From a virus (Duplodnaviria; Heunggongvirae; Uroviricota; Caudoviricetes): a stretch of 64,000 nucleotides of DNA. The DNA lies in the IMG/VR virus record IMGVR_UViG_3300027710_000009; one strand, 5' to 3'. The position numbers were made by a program, and so were the translations under genes. This document shows positions 18,780-28,699 of this stretch, piece by piece. How positions within the stretch are numbered: the first letter of the stretch is position 1; every line of letters begins with the position of its first letter. A model generated the notes under the pieces. That model was not told the origin of the DNA, searched no databases, and saw only the letters and a program-made list of their open reading frames with translations.

Positions 18780-19150
18780 TATGCTACCTTTCTGAAATAA
18801 CCGTAGGGCAGGCCTACACAAAAACAAAAATATTCAAAGTCGCCTGTGGCGCCTTCGGCATCCATAAGCCATGCAATCACACGCTCACGGTTGGTACCAG
18901 GGTGCATGAGATTTGCCACACGGTCTTCAAACTCCACAATGGCACGAGCTTCGGCCTCTCGGCGAGCAATTTCTTCTTGCTCAATGGCACGACCCAGCAC
19001 CTTGAACTCAGCGTCAAAGTCCTCAAGGGTCCAAGCGGACGTATCAACACCACGTGGGCGAACGCCATAGGCATCCTTGTACATGTCCCAATACATGCAT
19101 TGGGCTTGCTCTAGTGCAGACAACTCTTCCCAACTTTTGAACTGTTCCAT
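18779..19150 (-). CDS. Hypothetical early phage protein
   Basis: AAGGAG SD; YWDMYKDAYGVRPRG; behind promoter copy 3. Confidence 0.7.
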   Translation of the reverse strand: MEQFKSWEELSALEQAQCMYWDMYKDAYGVRPRGVDTSAWTLEDFDAEFKVLGRAIEQEEIARREAEARAIVEFEDRVANLMHPGTNRERVIAWLMDAEGATGDFEYFCFCVGLPYGYFRKVA

Positions 19151-19180
19151 CTTGGCTCCTTATTACTTAATATACTTCGT

Positions 19181-19211
19181 ATTATAGGTGAAATGGGCTT
19201 TTTGGTCAACC
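19181..19211 (-). promoter_or_regulatory. Phage early promoter, copy 3
   Basis: GG-TTGACC-17(GCCC)-TATAAT. Confidence 0.8.
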
Positions 19212-19215
19212 GTTT

Positions 19216-19545
19216 TTATACCTTGGCAATCCTGTACGTAACCCCTTGATTTGTTAGTACTTTTGTAATACCTTGGGCTTCGTAGTCCTGCTCCAACAGG
19301 GCTAGATTCTTGCGATCCCGAACTGTGGGCTTGTCAATTTTGATTGCAATAAACTTGGTGCGAGGGTTGATGTAGATGCCTTTTGCAGAGTAGCAAAGTT
19401 CCAGGCCCAGCTTCATGCGTTCGGCACGAACACGCTCGGCGTCGGTGTAGTGACTCCACATTGCAGTGGCTCGCATGCGAGCGTCACGTGCGGCGGCGTA
19501 GGCATAGTAGCCTGCGCTTTGTGTGTCTAGCTCTTTTTCTTTCAT
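19216..19545 (-). CDS. Hypothetical early phage protein
   Basis: AAAGGAG SD; behind promoter copy 4. Confidence 0.7.
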   Translation of the reverse strand: MKEKELDTQSAGYYAYAAARDARMRATAMWSHYTDAERVRAERMKLGLELCYSAKGIYINPRTKFIAIKIDKPTVRDRKNLALLEQDYEAQGITKVLTNQGVTYRIAKV

Positions 19546-19574
19546 GCTGGGCTCCTTTGTTTAACTTAGCCTAC

Positions 19575-19605
19575 AGTATAGCAAAAGGGCAAATAATCGT
19601 CAACC
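19575..19605 (-). promoter_or_regulatory. Phage early promoter, copy 4
   Basis: GG-TTGACG-17(GCCC)-TATACT. Confidence 0.8.
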
Positions 19606-19630
19606 AAACTGTTGTTGCAAAAAACCCACA

Positions 19631-19659
19631 AAAAAACCCTAGCAAATACTAGGGTTTTT
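19631..19659. terminator. Rho-independent terminator ending the sugar operon (potentially bidirectional)
   Basis: AAAAAACCCTAG-caaata-CTAGGGTTTTT. Confidence 0.75.
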
Positions 19660-19662
19660 GTA

Positions 19663-20493
19663 CTACTTTTGTAATACTGCTAACAGTTCGGGTTTTCTGC
19701 TGAGTTGATGCTTGCTAACCAACTCAATGATGTCTGGCAGTAGCTCAGGCTGATTTGCTTTCAGCTTGTCTACTGCAAACTCCACTAGATCCATGTGCTT
19801 GCGTTGGAACAAGGCATTGATGATGTGATGCCAGTAATGGTAGTTCCATCCTGTCCATTTTAATTCTTTGCAGTAAAGTTCAGCAGTCTCGCGCTTGCTG
19901 AATCCAAGTACATTCCATATGCCATGAAAACCAAATGAGTTATTGTAGAAGCCAAGTTCGTAGCTGAAGTGACTTGCAACATGTGTGGGTGCGAACTCAA
20001 CGTTATATCGTTGTTCTAGCAAAGGACGAAAGTTGCGTCCAATGCTTGCATCTTCTTGTGCAAAATTATGTTCTGGCAACAACACAACTTCGGGATCTAA
20101 ACAAGCATTCAGTAGCTTGCGGCTACGCAAACTAAAGCCGCCGTTGCCTACATCTCGTCCTTGTGGTTCGTTGGGCCAAGGTGCGCCAATGTAATCGTAC
20201 TTTAAGAAATCGTCTGTCCAACGGTCAGGTTTGTTGGCCATACCGTCCCATTGTACATACAACGCATGATCTGTTTGAATTAAATCTGCAATACCTTTCA
20301 ACATGATCAAATTGTATTGGGTCATGTCATTCACAGGTGCAGTTTGTATCAGTCCTGCACCAGGTAGGATTTCTCTGTCACTAATGGTCAGTACATCTTT
20401 AACATCCACACATTTCATTGTTTGCTCAATGGCAAACTTTGTTAGTTCGTGATGCTGGTAATCAATGGCAACAATGGTTATGCTTTTGGTCAT
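19663..20493 (-). CDS. GT-A-like glycosyltransferase (DUF5672-like)
   Basis: QWDG, YDYIGAPW, VGNGGFSLRSRKLL, ED, FGFHG. Confidence 0.75.
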   Translation of the reverse strand: MTKSITIVAIDYQHHELTKFAIEQTMKCVDVKDVLTISDREILPGAGLIQTAPVNDMTQYNLIMLKGIADLIQTDHALYVQWDGMANKPDRWTDDFLKYDYIGAPWPNEPQGRDVGNGGFSLRSRKLLNACLDPEVVLLPEHNFAQEDASIGRNFRPLLEQRYNVEFAPTHVASHFSYELGFYNNSFGFHGIWNVLGFSKRETAELYCKELKWTGWNYHYWHHIINALFQRKHMDLVEFAVDKLKANQPELLPDIIELVSKHQLSRKPELLAVLQK

Positions 20494-21326
20494 GACAGTA
20501 GTTGTATGGTTCGTTGTTTGTTTGGAAACTCTTCTTGTTGCATCCAGTCCACAAGCTCTTGACGCACAGCACTTGCTTTGATGTGTTGCACTTGAGATTC
20601 TAGTAGATCCATGTAACCCATTGCGCTCATGGTAACAATAGTATGGTGAGCACGATGTACTTCATTCCAGGTGTTGGCAGGGGCATTGTTGACAAAATAC
20701 TCCACTGTGTCGCGAGGCATAAACTGTACAATGTTCCAGAAGCCATGATGCGCCATGGCATTGAATCCACCTTCGTTAAGTTCCATTGCAAATTGATCTG
20801 CAACAGGGGCCTGTGCAAACACAATACCTTGTGACTCTAGCCACGGACGATGCTTGATAGCAATGTAGTTGTCTTCTTGTACACCGTGTTCTGGATCGTT
20901 AGGGTCCAATTGAATGTGCGGTGCTTGTAGTGCTTCTAGCAGTCGACGGCTACGCAAACTAAAGCCACCATTGCCTACATTTTGGCCATGTGGTCTCCAA
21001 GGCCATGTTGCACCAATATAGTCGTTTAGTAAAAAGTAGTCGCGCCACTTGCTACCGTCATGCACCATTGCATCCCATTGTTGGAAGATAACAAACGGTG
21101 TTTCCACATGCTCCAACATGCCTTTGAGCAACAGATTGCAATAGCTGAGCATGTCGCCATGTTTGATTGGCACGTGTTTTGCGCCGGGCAAAAAGTCTTG
21201 ATCACTAAACACTAGGGCGTGTTTGAATGGCACACGAGCCAGAGTTTCCTCCATTGCTCGCTTGGCCAAGCCATGATACATGGTTTCGATTGTAACTAGA
21301 GTTACGTCATCGCGGGTGTATGTCAT
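20490..21326 (-). CDS. GT-A-like glycosyltransferase (DUF5672-like), paralog
   Basis: QWDA, DYIGATW, VGNGGFSLRSRRLL, QEDN. Confidence 0.75.
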   Translation of the reverse strand: MTYTRDDVTLVTIETMYHGLAKRAMEETLARVPFKHALVFSDQDFLPGAKHVPIKHGDMLSYCNLLLKGMLEHVETPFVIFQQWDAMVHDGSKWRDYFLLNDYIGATWPWRPHGQNVGNGGFSLRSRRLLEALQAPHIQLDPNDPEHGVQEDNYIAIKHRPWLESQGIVFAQAPVADQFAMELNEGGFNAMAHHGFWNIVQFMPRDTVEYFVNNAPANTWNEVHRAHHTIVTMSAMGYMDLLESQVQHIKASAVRQELVDWMQQEEFPNKQRTIQLLS

Positions 21327-22561
21327 TGAATATCTACTTTAGGAAAGTATTTTAGGAACTTGTCATTTGTGTTATGACGCCGATCAACGATCTTTTTCTT
21401 GATATCATCAAAGTAGTTCCATGCTAGAGGAATAAACAACACCTTGTCATCTGCACCGTACTTGTCCAAATAGCTGATAGGCACAACAGGAATACTCATG
21501 CCAGGTGAGAATGTGCCTTGCTTGAGTTCGTTGTCGTCAATGATAAAGTCTAGTTTGATCTTGCTGAAGTTCAGCAGAGTATTGCCTTTGGCGGCAGCAC
21601 CATATCCGCCCAGCACATAGCCCTTGCGTTTGTACAACTCAACAAAGGTTTTGAGTTCATCTACCAGGCGTAGGGTGTTTGCGGCCCAGGCCGCATACGT
21701 GTTGTCGTTGTACAAACCAATGGCATGTTCCATGGCCACAATGTTTTTCACACGCTCACGCTGTGGCCGGCGGCTTAGAATAAACACATAGCTGGTGCCA
21801 TGGATAGGTGTTTTGATTGCATCAACTAGATACAAGCCTGCACGTTCTGCCAGTGCGCTCATGCTCTTGACATTGAAGAAGCTGATGTGCTCATGATAGA
21901 TTGTGTCAAACTCTGAGTTAGGAACCATGTCTGCTTGACTGGTTGAAATAAACATCAAGCTGTGGTCACTCATGATACTGCGCACTGTTTTCAAGTATGC
22001 CAGTGGATCAGGAATGTGTGCAAACGCATTCTGGCTGGTGATAATATCCACTGTACCATCCACTGTACGTGCGGCAATTTGTCGAGCAGTATCGTCATTC
22101 CAGAAACTGACTTGCACATCATGTCCATTGCGACTGCTGGTCTTGTACAAGTTCTTGGCAGGATCGACACCGTAGGTCTTGACTCCAAGATCTGCAAAGA
22201 AGTTCAGCTGACTACCGTCGTTGCAACCAATGTCTAGTACAGTTGCAGGAAAGCGACTTGCTGTTGACACAAACGTTTCTTGTGCAAACTTGGCATACCA
22301 AGACATGTACTTCATGTAGCTTGGACTTGTGCCCGAAACATACAGATAGTGTTCGTAAATCAACTTGGGATTAACAGCATGTGTCAATTGCAAGTGATGG
22401 CATTCCTCACACATGTTAACAGCAAGCGGAAAATACGGCTCGCTGTCTGTGGCTTCTTCTTTGAACGCATTGGCCAATGGCTGATCGTTTAGATCAAGAA
22501 TGGGTACCAGTTCACCGCTACCGCATGCCAGGCAATTGCCTAGTTTGGTTGTATCTTTCAT
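21323..22561 (-). CDS. NDP-sugar C-methyltransferase
   Basis: Zn-binding CLACG...CEECHHLQL; LDIGCNDG; FDTIYHEH; YGAAAKGNTLLN. Confidence 0.85.
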   Translation of the reverse strand: MKDTTKLGNCLACGSGELVPILDLNDQPLANAFKEEATDSEPYFPLAVNMCEECHHLQLTHAVNPKLIYEHYLYVSGTSPSYMKYMSWYAKFAQETFVSTASRFPATVLDIGCNDGSQLNFFADLGVKTYGVDPAKNLYKTSSRNGHDVQVSFWNDDTARQIAARTVDGTVDIITSQNAFAHIPDPLAYLKTVRSIMSDHSLMFISTSQADMVPNSEFDTIYHEHISFFNVKSMSALAERAGLYLVDAIKTPIHGTSYVFILSRRPQRERVKNIVAMEHAIGLYNDNTYAAWAANTLRLVDELKTFVELYKRKGYVLGGYGAAAKGNTLLNFSKIKLDFIIDDNELKQGTFSPGMSIPVVPISYLDKYGADDKVLFIPLAWNYFDDIKKKIVDRRHNTNDKFLKYFPKVDIQ

Positions 22562-23481
22562 TTGTCTAATATCGCTTCCAGTGCGTTAAAAATTTTAAGG
22601 TTATCAAAACTCTTTGAGCAAGCCCATTGTGTTTCATTTTCGCAAGTGAGATTGTTCACTGGCGGTGTTTGTCTAGCATAGCACCCTGTACAAGAAACAT
22701 CGCTCAATACCACAGTGATGTCTTTACCAAATTCTCCACCACGCCATGGCAGGATCTGTTCAGGAAGTAGGTGGCTAATTAATGCCACAATGGGAGTGGT
22801 TGTGGTTCCAGCAATATGGAACGGTCCTGAATCTGGTCCAACAAATGCACGTGCGCGGCTAATAAGATATTGAATTTCTCCCACTGACAACTGACCAACC
22901 AAGTTGATAAACTCAGTGGTGTTGGGTGGAACAGTGTAATCATACTTGGCGCCAACTGATACAATTTTAACACCTGGATACTTGTTTTGCAACCTAGTGA
23001 ACAATGAACTCCAGATTTCTAAATCAATGTTTTTGTTTTCCCATGCCCAACGGCGCATGTGAACCACAATGTAATCGCTGCCAATTTCTGCCACAGCATC
23101 GTCTACTGCTTCTTTTTCTTCCGCAGTAGGAAACATCTCAGGACTGTGATCAATTGCATCAATGTTGGCGCCAAATGCACGATGTAAGTAGCTGTCTACA
23201 TAGTGGCTGGTCACTTGTTTTTCATATGCATCATTGAGATTTAGATATATGTCCCAGGGATCAGATTTCTGCATGTCAGCAGGCATGACCACACTGTCAA
23301 CATGTGGATTGTTTTTTAGAATGCCTGGTTCATCAGTTACCACTTGCATCCAGGCTTCGGGGTATCTCTTGCGCATCTCGCGAAGCACAGGAGTGATCAT
23401 CACAAGATCTCCCAGTGCCGCACGGCGGTCAATCAATACACGTGTTTGGTGTCCACCCTTATACGGTGCTGGTTTGTACAT
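22558..23481 (-). CDS. GT9 (heptosyltransferase-like) glycosyltransferase
   Basis: ALGDLVMITPVLR, NNPHVD, FVGPDSGPFHIA; start MYKPAPY. Confidence 0.8.
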   Translation of the reverse strand: MYKPAPYKGGHQTRVLIDRRAALGDLVMITPVLREMRKRYPEAWMQVVTDEPGILKNNPHVDSVVMPADMQKSDPWDIYLNLNDAYEKQVTSHYVDSYLHRAFGANIDAIDHSPEMFPTAEEKEAVDDAVAEIGSDYIVVHMRRWAWENKNIDLEIWSSLFTRLQNKYPGVKIVSVGAKYDYTVPPNTTEFINLVGQLSVGEIQYLISRARAFVGPDSGPFHIAGTTTTPIVALISHLLPEQILPWRGGEFGKDITVVLSDVSCTGCYARQTPPVNNLTCENETQWACSKSFDNLKIFNALEAILDK

Positions 23482-24190
23482 ATTCGCTTTCTGGGTAAAG
23501 ATTGTCAAAGTGCCAGCCTGGTGTGTGCTTGCCTGGTGTGCTGGCAATTTCAAACCAAGTTGGATTCTTGCTAGCAATCCAGGCTTCGTGATCATAACGG
23601 AAGTTGCCGCCATCATACACTGCACCTGTATAAGGACTTGGAGTGTTCCACGGCAGTTGTTCTGGTGCCACCAGTGCATCTAGTTTGGTAACATAGTCGC
23701 TGTGACTCCACCAAAAGTTGCCTGAACTGTGCAACCACGGTTGTTCAATAATGTTGGTGCCCACTAGGTCGTATCCTGAGTCTAGTTTTTCCACGCATTC
23801 TTGCCAACGGTCAATCATGTTGTATTCCATGAAGTTGCGCCAATCAATTACTCGTTGATCTCCTAGTCTACTCAAACCTTTAAGGTGAAAGTAAAGCATA
23901 TTAAAACTATCGCCATTGGCAGCATCGGCATTGCGTTTTACCAAATCCAAGGTAGGGTATTCCCACAGGTCTGTGCGGTTGCTGGTATGGTACCACTTGA
24001 CATTGCGGTATTCCGACATCACCTCTTGAGCTGGTACAAAATTATCTGGATTGCCATTGGAACACATGAGAACTGTGTGTGCTTGTTCCAACAGTCCGGT
24101 ATCTAGCAAACGTGTGAGTTGTTCGCCTAGTAGATCAAATGCACCTGGCATGTCGTTCAAGTGCATGAATATTTTAATAGGTTTTGTCAT
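23459..24190 (-). CDS. Hypothetical protein, probable glycosyltransferase-like
   Basis: WEYPTL, YFHLKG, WRNFMEY, SGNFWW; sugar-cluster context. Confidence 0.55.
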   Translation of the reverse strand: MTKPIKIFMHLNDMPGAFDLLGEQLTRLLDTGLLEQAHTVLMCSNGNPDNFVPAQEVMSEYRNVKWYHTSNRTDLWEYPTLDLVKRNADAANGDSFNMLYFHLKGLSRLGDQRVIDWRNFMEYNMIDRWQECVEKLDSGYDLVGTNIIEQPWLHSSGNFWWSHSDYVTKLDALVAPEQLPWNTPSPYTGAVYDGGNFRYDHEAWIASKNPTWFEIASTPGKHTPGWHFDNLYPESEYVQTSTV

Positions 24191-24981
24191 TTTAGTCCCT
24201 TGTACATTTTTTCTGCGGTAGCTTCTGCGCCACGCAATTTAATTAACTCTAATATTGCAGGATCATCTGCTTGAACACCATGTGGCACAAACAGCGCACG
24301 ACTACGTGTGTCAGCTGAATCAGCTGGTTCAGTCACATAGTACACTGCCATGCTTTGACGCATTGTACCTTGTGGGCAATTCAAATCTTTTGGTAAGCCG
24401 TGCCATGATTGTTGTGTGGTATCAAACAACACAGCGCGATTGAATTTGTTTTCAATTGTGTTTGCTAACACGCTTGGTGTACCATCTTCATTGTGATCCC
24501 AAACTTCCAGTCCGCCGCCCCAGCTTGATTGCCAATCAGGTGTGATGTACACAATCAAGTTGTAGTGACGTTCTAATTGTAGCTTGGGATGTATGCTGTA
24601 GTCAAGATGTACGTTCAGTTTTCCTGCTGTGGCATGGGCATGCCAACCGCCTCCGTGTAGGCCAACATCTGCTTGTACGCCTGGATTGCCTGTGATTTGT
24701 GATATGATGTTTTCAAACTCGAAGCTACAGAGATAGTGAAAAGTCGAGTAAGTAGTTCTTGGGAACTTGTCCCAGTGGTTACAGGCTTTTTTGTTTTCGA
24801 TGGGGTTGTTGTAGTGGGCATTCCAAATTCCTTCTGCTTCGTATGCAGGAAACTCTTTGACCAATTGTTCAACAACTTCTGGTGCAAAGAAGTCGTCCAT
24901 GACAATGTGATTGAATGGTTTGTTTGATAAGAACTGGCTTTGTAATGCTTTCCAGTCTCTGTCGTTTAGAAATTTAGTCAT
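24187..24981 (-). CDS. 2OG-Fe(II) oxygenase
   Basis: PFNHIVMDDF, HLD, WGGGLEVW, FNRAVLF, WHG, RQS. Confidence 0.8.
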   Translation of the reverse strand: MTKFLNDRDWKALQSQFLSNKPFNHIVMDDFFAPEVVEQLVKEFPAYEAEGIWNAHYNNPIENKKACNHWDKFPRTTYSTFHYLCSFEFENIISQITGNPGVQADVGLHGGGWHAHATAGKLNVHLDYSIHPKLQLERHYNLIVYITPDWQSSWGGGLEVWDHNEDGTPSVLANTIENKFNRAVLFDTTQQSWHGLPKDLNCPQGTMRQSMAVYYVTEPADSADTRSRALFVPHGVQADDPAILELIKLRGAEATAEKMYKGLK

Positions 24982-24988
24982 GCGTTCC

Positions 24989-25714
24989 TTAGTTGATAAT
25001 AGGTTGTCCGTTGGGTGCAATGTTGCCATACACACCAACTTCGTCAAGCTCATGCACAAGTTCTCTAGGAATGCCATGATACAAACAGTGTTCAATATCT
25101 GCATATCCGCCAACGGCCATGCGATTGACCATGTAGTTTCTACCAATGTTGTAGTATTCAATCATGTCCTGATGTCTTGAAGTTGGCCAACTGAGCAAAC
25201 GGCACATGTACTGCATGTGCATGCCCACTACTTCAAACGGAAACTGACTGCGTACACTTTTACCAATTACTACTTTGTCTTTGATTTCTTCTTGCTCGTA
25301 CATGGACAGATCAAATTTTTCGTTTAGTAAGTAACGTCCACTCATTTTGAAAATACGATCTTGATCTTGTATTTCACCTGCATCCCAAAGAGTTTGTAGA
25401 CTCTGTGGGAATGTTGTGAGCTCTGTGAGATTTTTAACAATGTCCCAGTTGTTGTAAAATTGCGGAGTACTGTAGATATATTGCACATCTGAATTTTTTG
25501 TAAAATCCAAAAATATATCCACAGCATCCATCAATGCGTTTTCAGTTTCGGGTGTGTAACCGCTACCACTGACTTCGTTGATTACAATTTTGCATTCTGG
25601 AACACGATCTCTAAGACATTTAATAGTGTCCAGAGTCTGTTGTAGTCGCTGGGTGTGATTGTACACACCAAAGCGAGTGTGAATGGCAGATGTTACAATA
25701 AACGTTGTTTTCAT
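24989..25714 (-). CDS. Hypothetical protein, probable glycosyltransferase-like
   Basis: FIVTSAI, IFKMSGRY, DIEH; sugar-cluster context. Confidence 0.55.
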   Translation of the reverse strand: MKTTFIVTSAIHTRFGVYNHTQRLQQTLDTIKCLRDRVPECKIVINEVSGSGYTPETENALMDAVDIFLDFTKNSDVQYIYSTPQFYNNWDIVKNLTELTTFPQSLQTLWDAGEIQDQDRIFKMSGRYLLNEKFDLSMYEQEEIKDKVVIGKSVRSQFPFEVVGMHMQYMCRLLSWPTSRHQDMIEYYNIGRNYMVNRMAVGGYADIEHCLYHGIPRELVHELDEVGVYGNIAPNGQPIIN

Positions 25715-26742
25715 TTGCGCAACCACCGATCATTGATCAATGTCCAATCCACAACTTCTTTCACACGCTCGCTGAGTTTGATCTTAGGAATCCAACCCAG
25801 AGTTTCCAGCAAGCCGCCGTCTAGTGCATAGCGCAGGTCATGTCCTGGACGACTGGTATGGAAGTCCACCATCTCGTGCTTGAGTGGTTTGCCTTGTGCA
25901 GTGGCAATAAGTTGTGCCAGCTGTAGGTTATCAATTTCTTCTGGCCCAACCAAGTTGAACTTGGGACACTTGGCGCCACCGTAGTCGCTTTCGTGTTTGT
26001 AGTTTTGTAGTTTTTCAAGAATAAACATCAAGCCATCTGCCACATCCTTGGCGTGGATGTAGTGGCGTGAACCTGCTTGAGTCTTGCTTGGATCGCTGTG
26101 TACAGTAACAACTTCACCGTCACGAACTTTCTGGATCACCATTGGAATATACTTTTCTGGGTGCTGGCGTTCGCCAAACACGTTCATGGTATGTGTGACC
26201 ACAATGGGCATCTTGTAGGTGTTTTCAAATGCCACGCACAGTTCTTCTGCGGCTGCTTTTGATGCTGAATACGGATTGGTTGAATTGTAACGATCGTATT
26301 CTTTGTAGTTCACACCAGGAGGTGCTGGGCCAAACACTTCGTCTGTTGAGAAGTTGATAAAGCGTTCCAGATTTGGAAGTGTACGTGCCCACTGTAGTAG
26401 ATTGACTGTGCCTACCACATTGTCCATGACAAATTCCATTGGATATTCGATTGAACGATCCACGTGTGATCCTGCCGCAAGGTGCAACACATAATGTATG
26501 TCACCAATCATGCCACTGGTGAGTGGGCTGATTTCTGCTTTGAGATCATGAAACACCGGACGCACACGTTTACGAGTTTCCGGATCATGTTCTTGCATCA
26601 TGTCTGCAAGACGATTTAGGTTACCACTGAAATCCAAACGATCTAGCGTGACTATGTTCCAGTCAGTAGTTGTTAGGATACGATCAATGATGTGATGGGC
26701 GATGAAACCGGCGCCGCCGGTAATTAGAACGTTCTTTGACAA
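25711..26742 (-). CDS. rfbB: dTDP-glucose 4,6-dehydratase-like extended SDR
   Basis: ITGGAGFI, HLAAGSHVDRSI, STDEVFG, PYSASKA, RPGHDLRYA. Confidence 0.85.
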   Translation of the reverse strand: MSKNVLITGGAGFIAHHIIDRILTTTDWNIVTLDRLDFSGNLNRLADMMQEHDPETRKRVRPVFHDLKAEISPLTSGMIGDIHYVLHLAAGSHVDRSIEYPMEFVMDNVVGTVNLLQWARTLPNLERFINFSTDEVFGPAPPGVNYKEYDRYNSTNPYSASKAAAEELCVAFENTYKMPIVVTHTMNVFGERQHPEKYIPMVIQKVRDGEVVTVHSDPSKTQAGSRHYIHAKDVADGLMFILEKLQNYKHESDYGGAKCPKFNLVGPEEIDNLQLAQLIATAQGKPLKHEMVDFHTSRPGHDLRYALDGGLLETLGWIPKIKLSERVKEVVDWTLINDRWLRK

Positions 26743-26773
26743 TTTGAATTCTCCAATGCGTAATTGATATCAA

Positions 26774-26838
26774 TATTTATAGGTGCAGTTTTAGCTGGCA
26801 TTGATTTCTCTAAGCACTTGCTCTACACACATTAAATA
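26774..26838. promoter_or_regulatory. Back-to-back T4-late-like promoters for the two sugar operons
   Basis: TATAAATA on minus (26774-26781); TAAATA on plus (26833-26838). Confidence 0.55.
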
Positions 26839-26879
26839 GCTATACTCAACACTATACATTATTTTTCAATGGAGCACAA

Positions 26880-27932
26880 GTGAAAAAGGCACTCATCACC
26901 GGTATTACCGGACAAGACGGATCATACCTAGCAGATCTACTGCTGGAAAAAGGCTACGAAGTTCATGGACTGGTACGCCGCAACTCAAATTTTGAGTTCA
27001 TACCCAACATCATGCACATACGTGATAAAATCACATTGCACTACAGTGATCTCACTGACGGAAGCAATCTACGCAACATCATGCTCAAGGTGCGCCCAAA
27101 CGAAGTTTACAATTTGGCCGCACAAAGTCACGTGCATGTGAGCTTTGATGTTCCGGTGTTCACTGCCGAAACCAACGCAGTGGGTGTGCTCAACATACTA
27201 GAAGCTGTTCGTGCGCTGGTTGAAGATCAGCGCCGAAACAACGAACCAGAAACACGTTTCTACCAGGCCAGCACAAGCGAAATGTTTGGTAAAGTGCAGG
27301 AGGTTCCACAAAAGGAAACCACTCCATTCTATCCACGATCACCATATGGTGTTGCTAAACTATACGCCTACTGGATCACAGTGAACTACCGTGAGAGCTA
27401 TGGTATTCATGCATCAAACGGCATCTTGTTCAATCATGAAAGTCCACGTCGTGGCGAAACATTTGTTACTAGAAAAATCACATCTGGACTGGGCAGGCTG
27501 TTTGCTGGTATCCAAAATGATCCAATCAAACTGGGCAACATGGATTCCATGCGTGACTGGGGACATGCCATGGACTTTGTGGAAGGCATGTGGCTGATGC
27601 TACAGCAAGATGAGCCCGACGACTATGTACTGGCCACAGGCGTACAACATTCAGTACGTGATTTCCTTAACATGTGTCTAAACTGGTACAAATGCACCTG
27701 GGGTTATTTTGGAAACGGCCCAACTGAATATGCAATTGACATGATTAGTAAACGGACTATTGTGCAAGTTGACCCAGCATTGTATCGACCTGCTGAAGTA
27801 AACACCTTGCTGGGTGACAGTACCAAGGCACGTGAAAAACTAGGATGGAGTCCAAAGTTTAATATTGAAAGTCTTGTACGTGACATGTGCTCGGCAGACT
27901 ATCGTGGTCTGCAGGATGGGTATCGCCCATGA
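26880..27932 (+). CDS. gmd: GDP-mannose 4,6-dehydratase
   Basis: [52 protein letters not shown]. Confidence 0.95.
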   Translation: MKKALITGITGQDGSYLADLLLEKGYEVHGLVRRNSNFEFIPNIMHIRDKITLHYSDLTDGSNLRNIMLKVRPNEVYNLAAQSHVHVSFDVPVFTAETNAVGVLNILEAVRALVEDQRRNNEPETRFYQASTSEMFGKVQEVPQKETTPFYPRSPYGVAKLYAYWITVNYRESYGIHASNGILFNHESPRRGETFVTRKITSGLGRLFAGIQNDPIKLGNMDSMRDWGHAMDFVEGMWLMLQQDEPDDYVLATGVQHSVRDFLNMCLNWYKCTWGYFGNGPTEYAIDMISKRTIVQVDPALYRPAEVNTLLGDSTKAREKLGWSPKFNIESLVRDMCSADYRGLQDGYRP

Positions 27933-28699
27933 AAGTAGTTGTAGCCACAGGAGGCTTTGATCCTGTACACTCAGGGCACATCGCCTATTTCAAACATGCC
28001 GCTACCCTGGGAGATATCCTGCTGGTAGGGCTAAACTCAGATGCTTGGCTGCGCCGTAAAAAGGGTCGTGCATTCATGCCCTACACAGAACGTTCAGCAG
28101 TGATTGGCAATCTGGCCATGGTGCATCAGGTGTTGGAACTAGAAGACAGTTGTGGCACAGGTGCAGACGGTATTCGTCAGGCTCGTGCGCTGTATCCAGA
28201 CGCAGAGATTGTGTTTGCCAATGGCGGCGATCGCGGAGCAGGCAATGTACCTGAGCAAACAGAGTTTGCTGATGATACCAAAGTGCTATTTGAGTTTGGT
28301 ATCGGAGGAGACTGGAAGCAAAACAGTAGCCGTTGGATTCTAGACGAGTGGAAAGCACCACGCACAGAAAAGCCCTGGGGCGAGTTTCGCCTGCTACATG
28401 ACTACGGTGCAGAAACAAAACTAAAAGAACTCACTGTGCAACCTGGACAAAGACTCAGCATGCAGAAACATGCCAAGCGTTCGGAGTTCTGGTTTGTTGC
28501 AGAAGGACAAGCAACTGTGTATACTATCAACTCCCGCACCACTGATGCAGAGCTGGTAGGTGTATTTGGCAAGCATCAGAGCGTATGGATTAGCAAAGGC
28601 GAATGGCATCAATTAGTTAATGATACCGATAAGCCACTACAGCTGGTAGAAATACAGTACGGCGAAGACTGCGTCGAAGAAGATATTGAAAGGAAATAA
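27929..28699 (+). CDS. HIGH-type nucleotidyltransferase fused to mannose-6-phosphate-isomerase-type cupin
   Basis: [18 protein letters not shown]; C-terminal KPWG...LSMQKH..RSEFW...VEIQYG..C.EEDIER. Confidence 0.85.
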   Translation: MKVVVATGGFDPVHSGHIAYFKHAATLGDILLVGLNSDAWLRRKKGRAFMPYTERSAVIGNLAMVHQVLELEDSCGTGADGIRQARALYPDAEIVFANGGDRGAGNVPEQTEFADDTKVLFEFGIGGDWKQNSSRWILDEWKAPRTEKPWGEFRLLHDYGAETKLKELTVQPGQRLSMQKHAKRSEFWFVAEGQATVYTINSRTTDAELVGVFGKHQSVWISKGEWHQLVNDTDKPLQLVEIQYGEDCVEEDIERK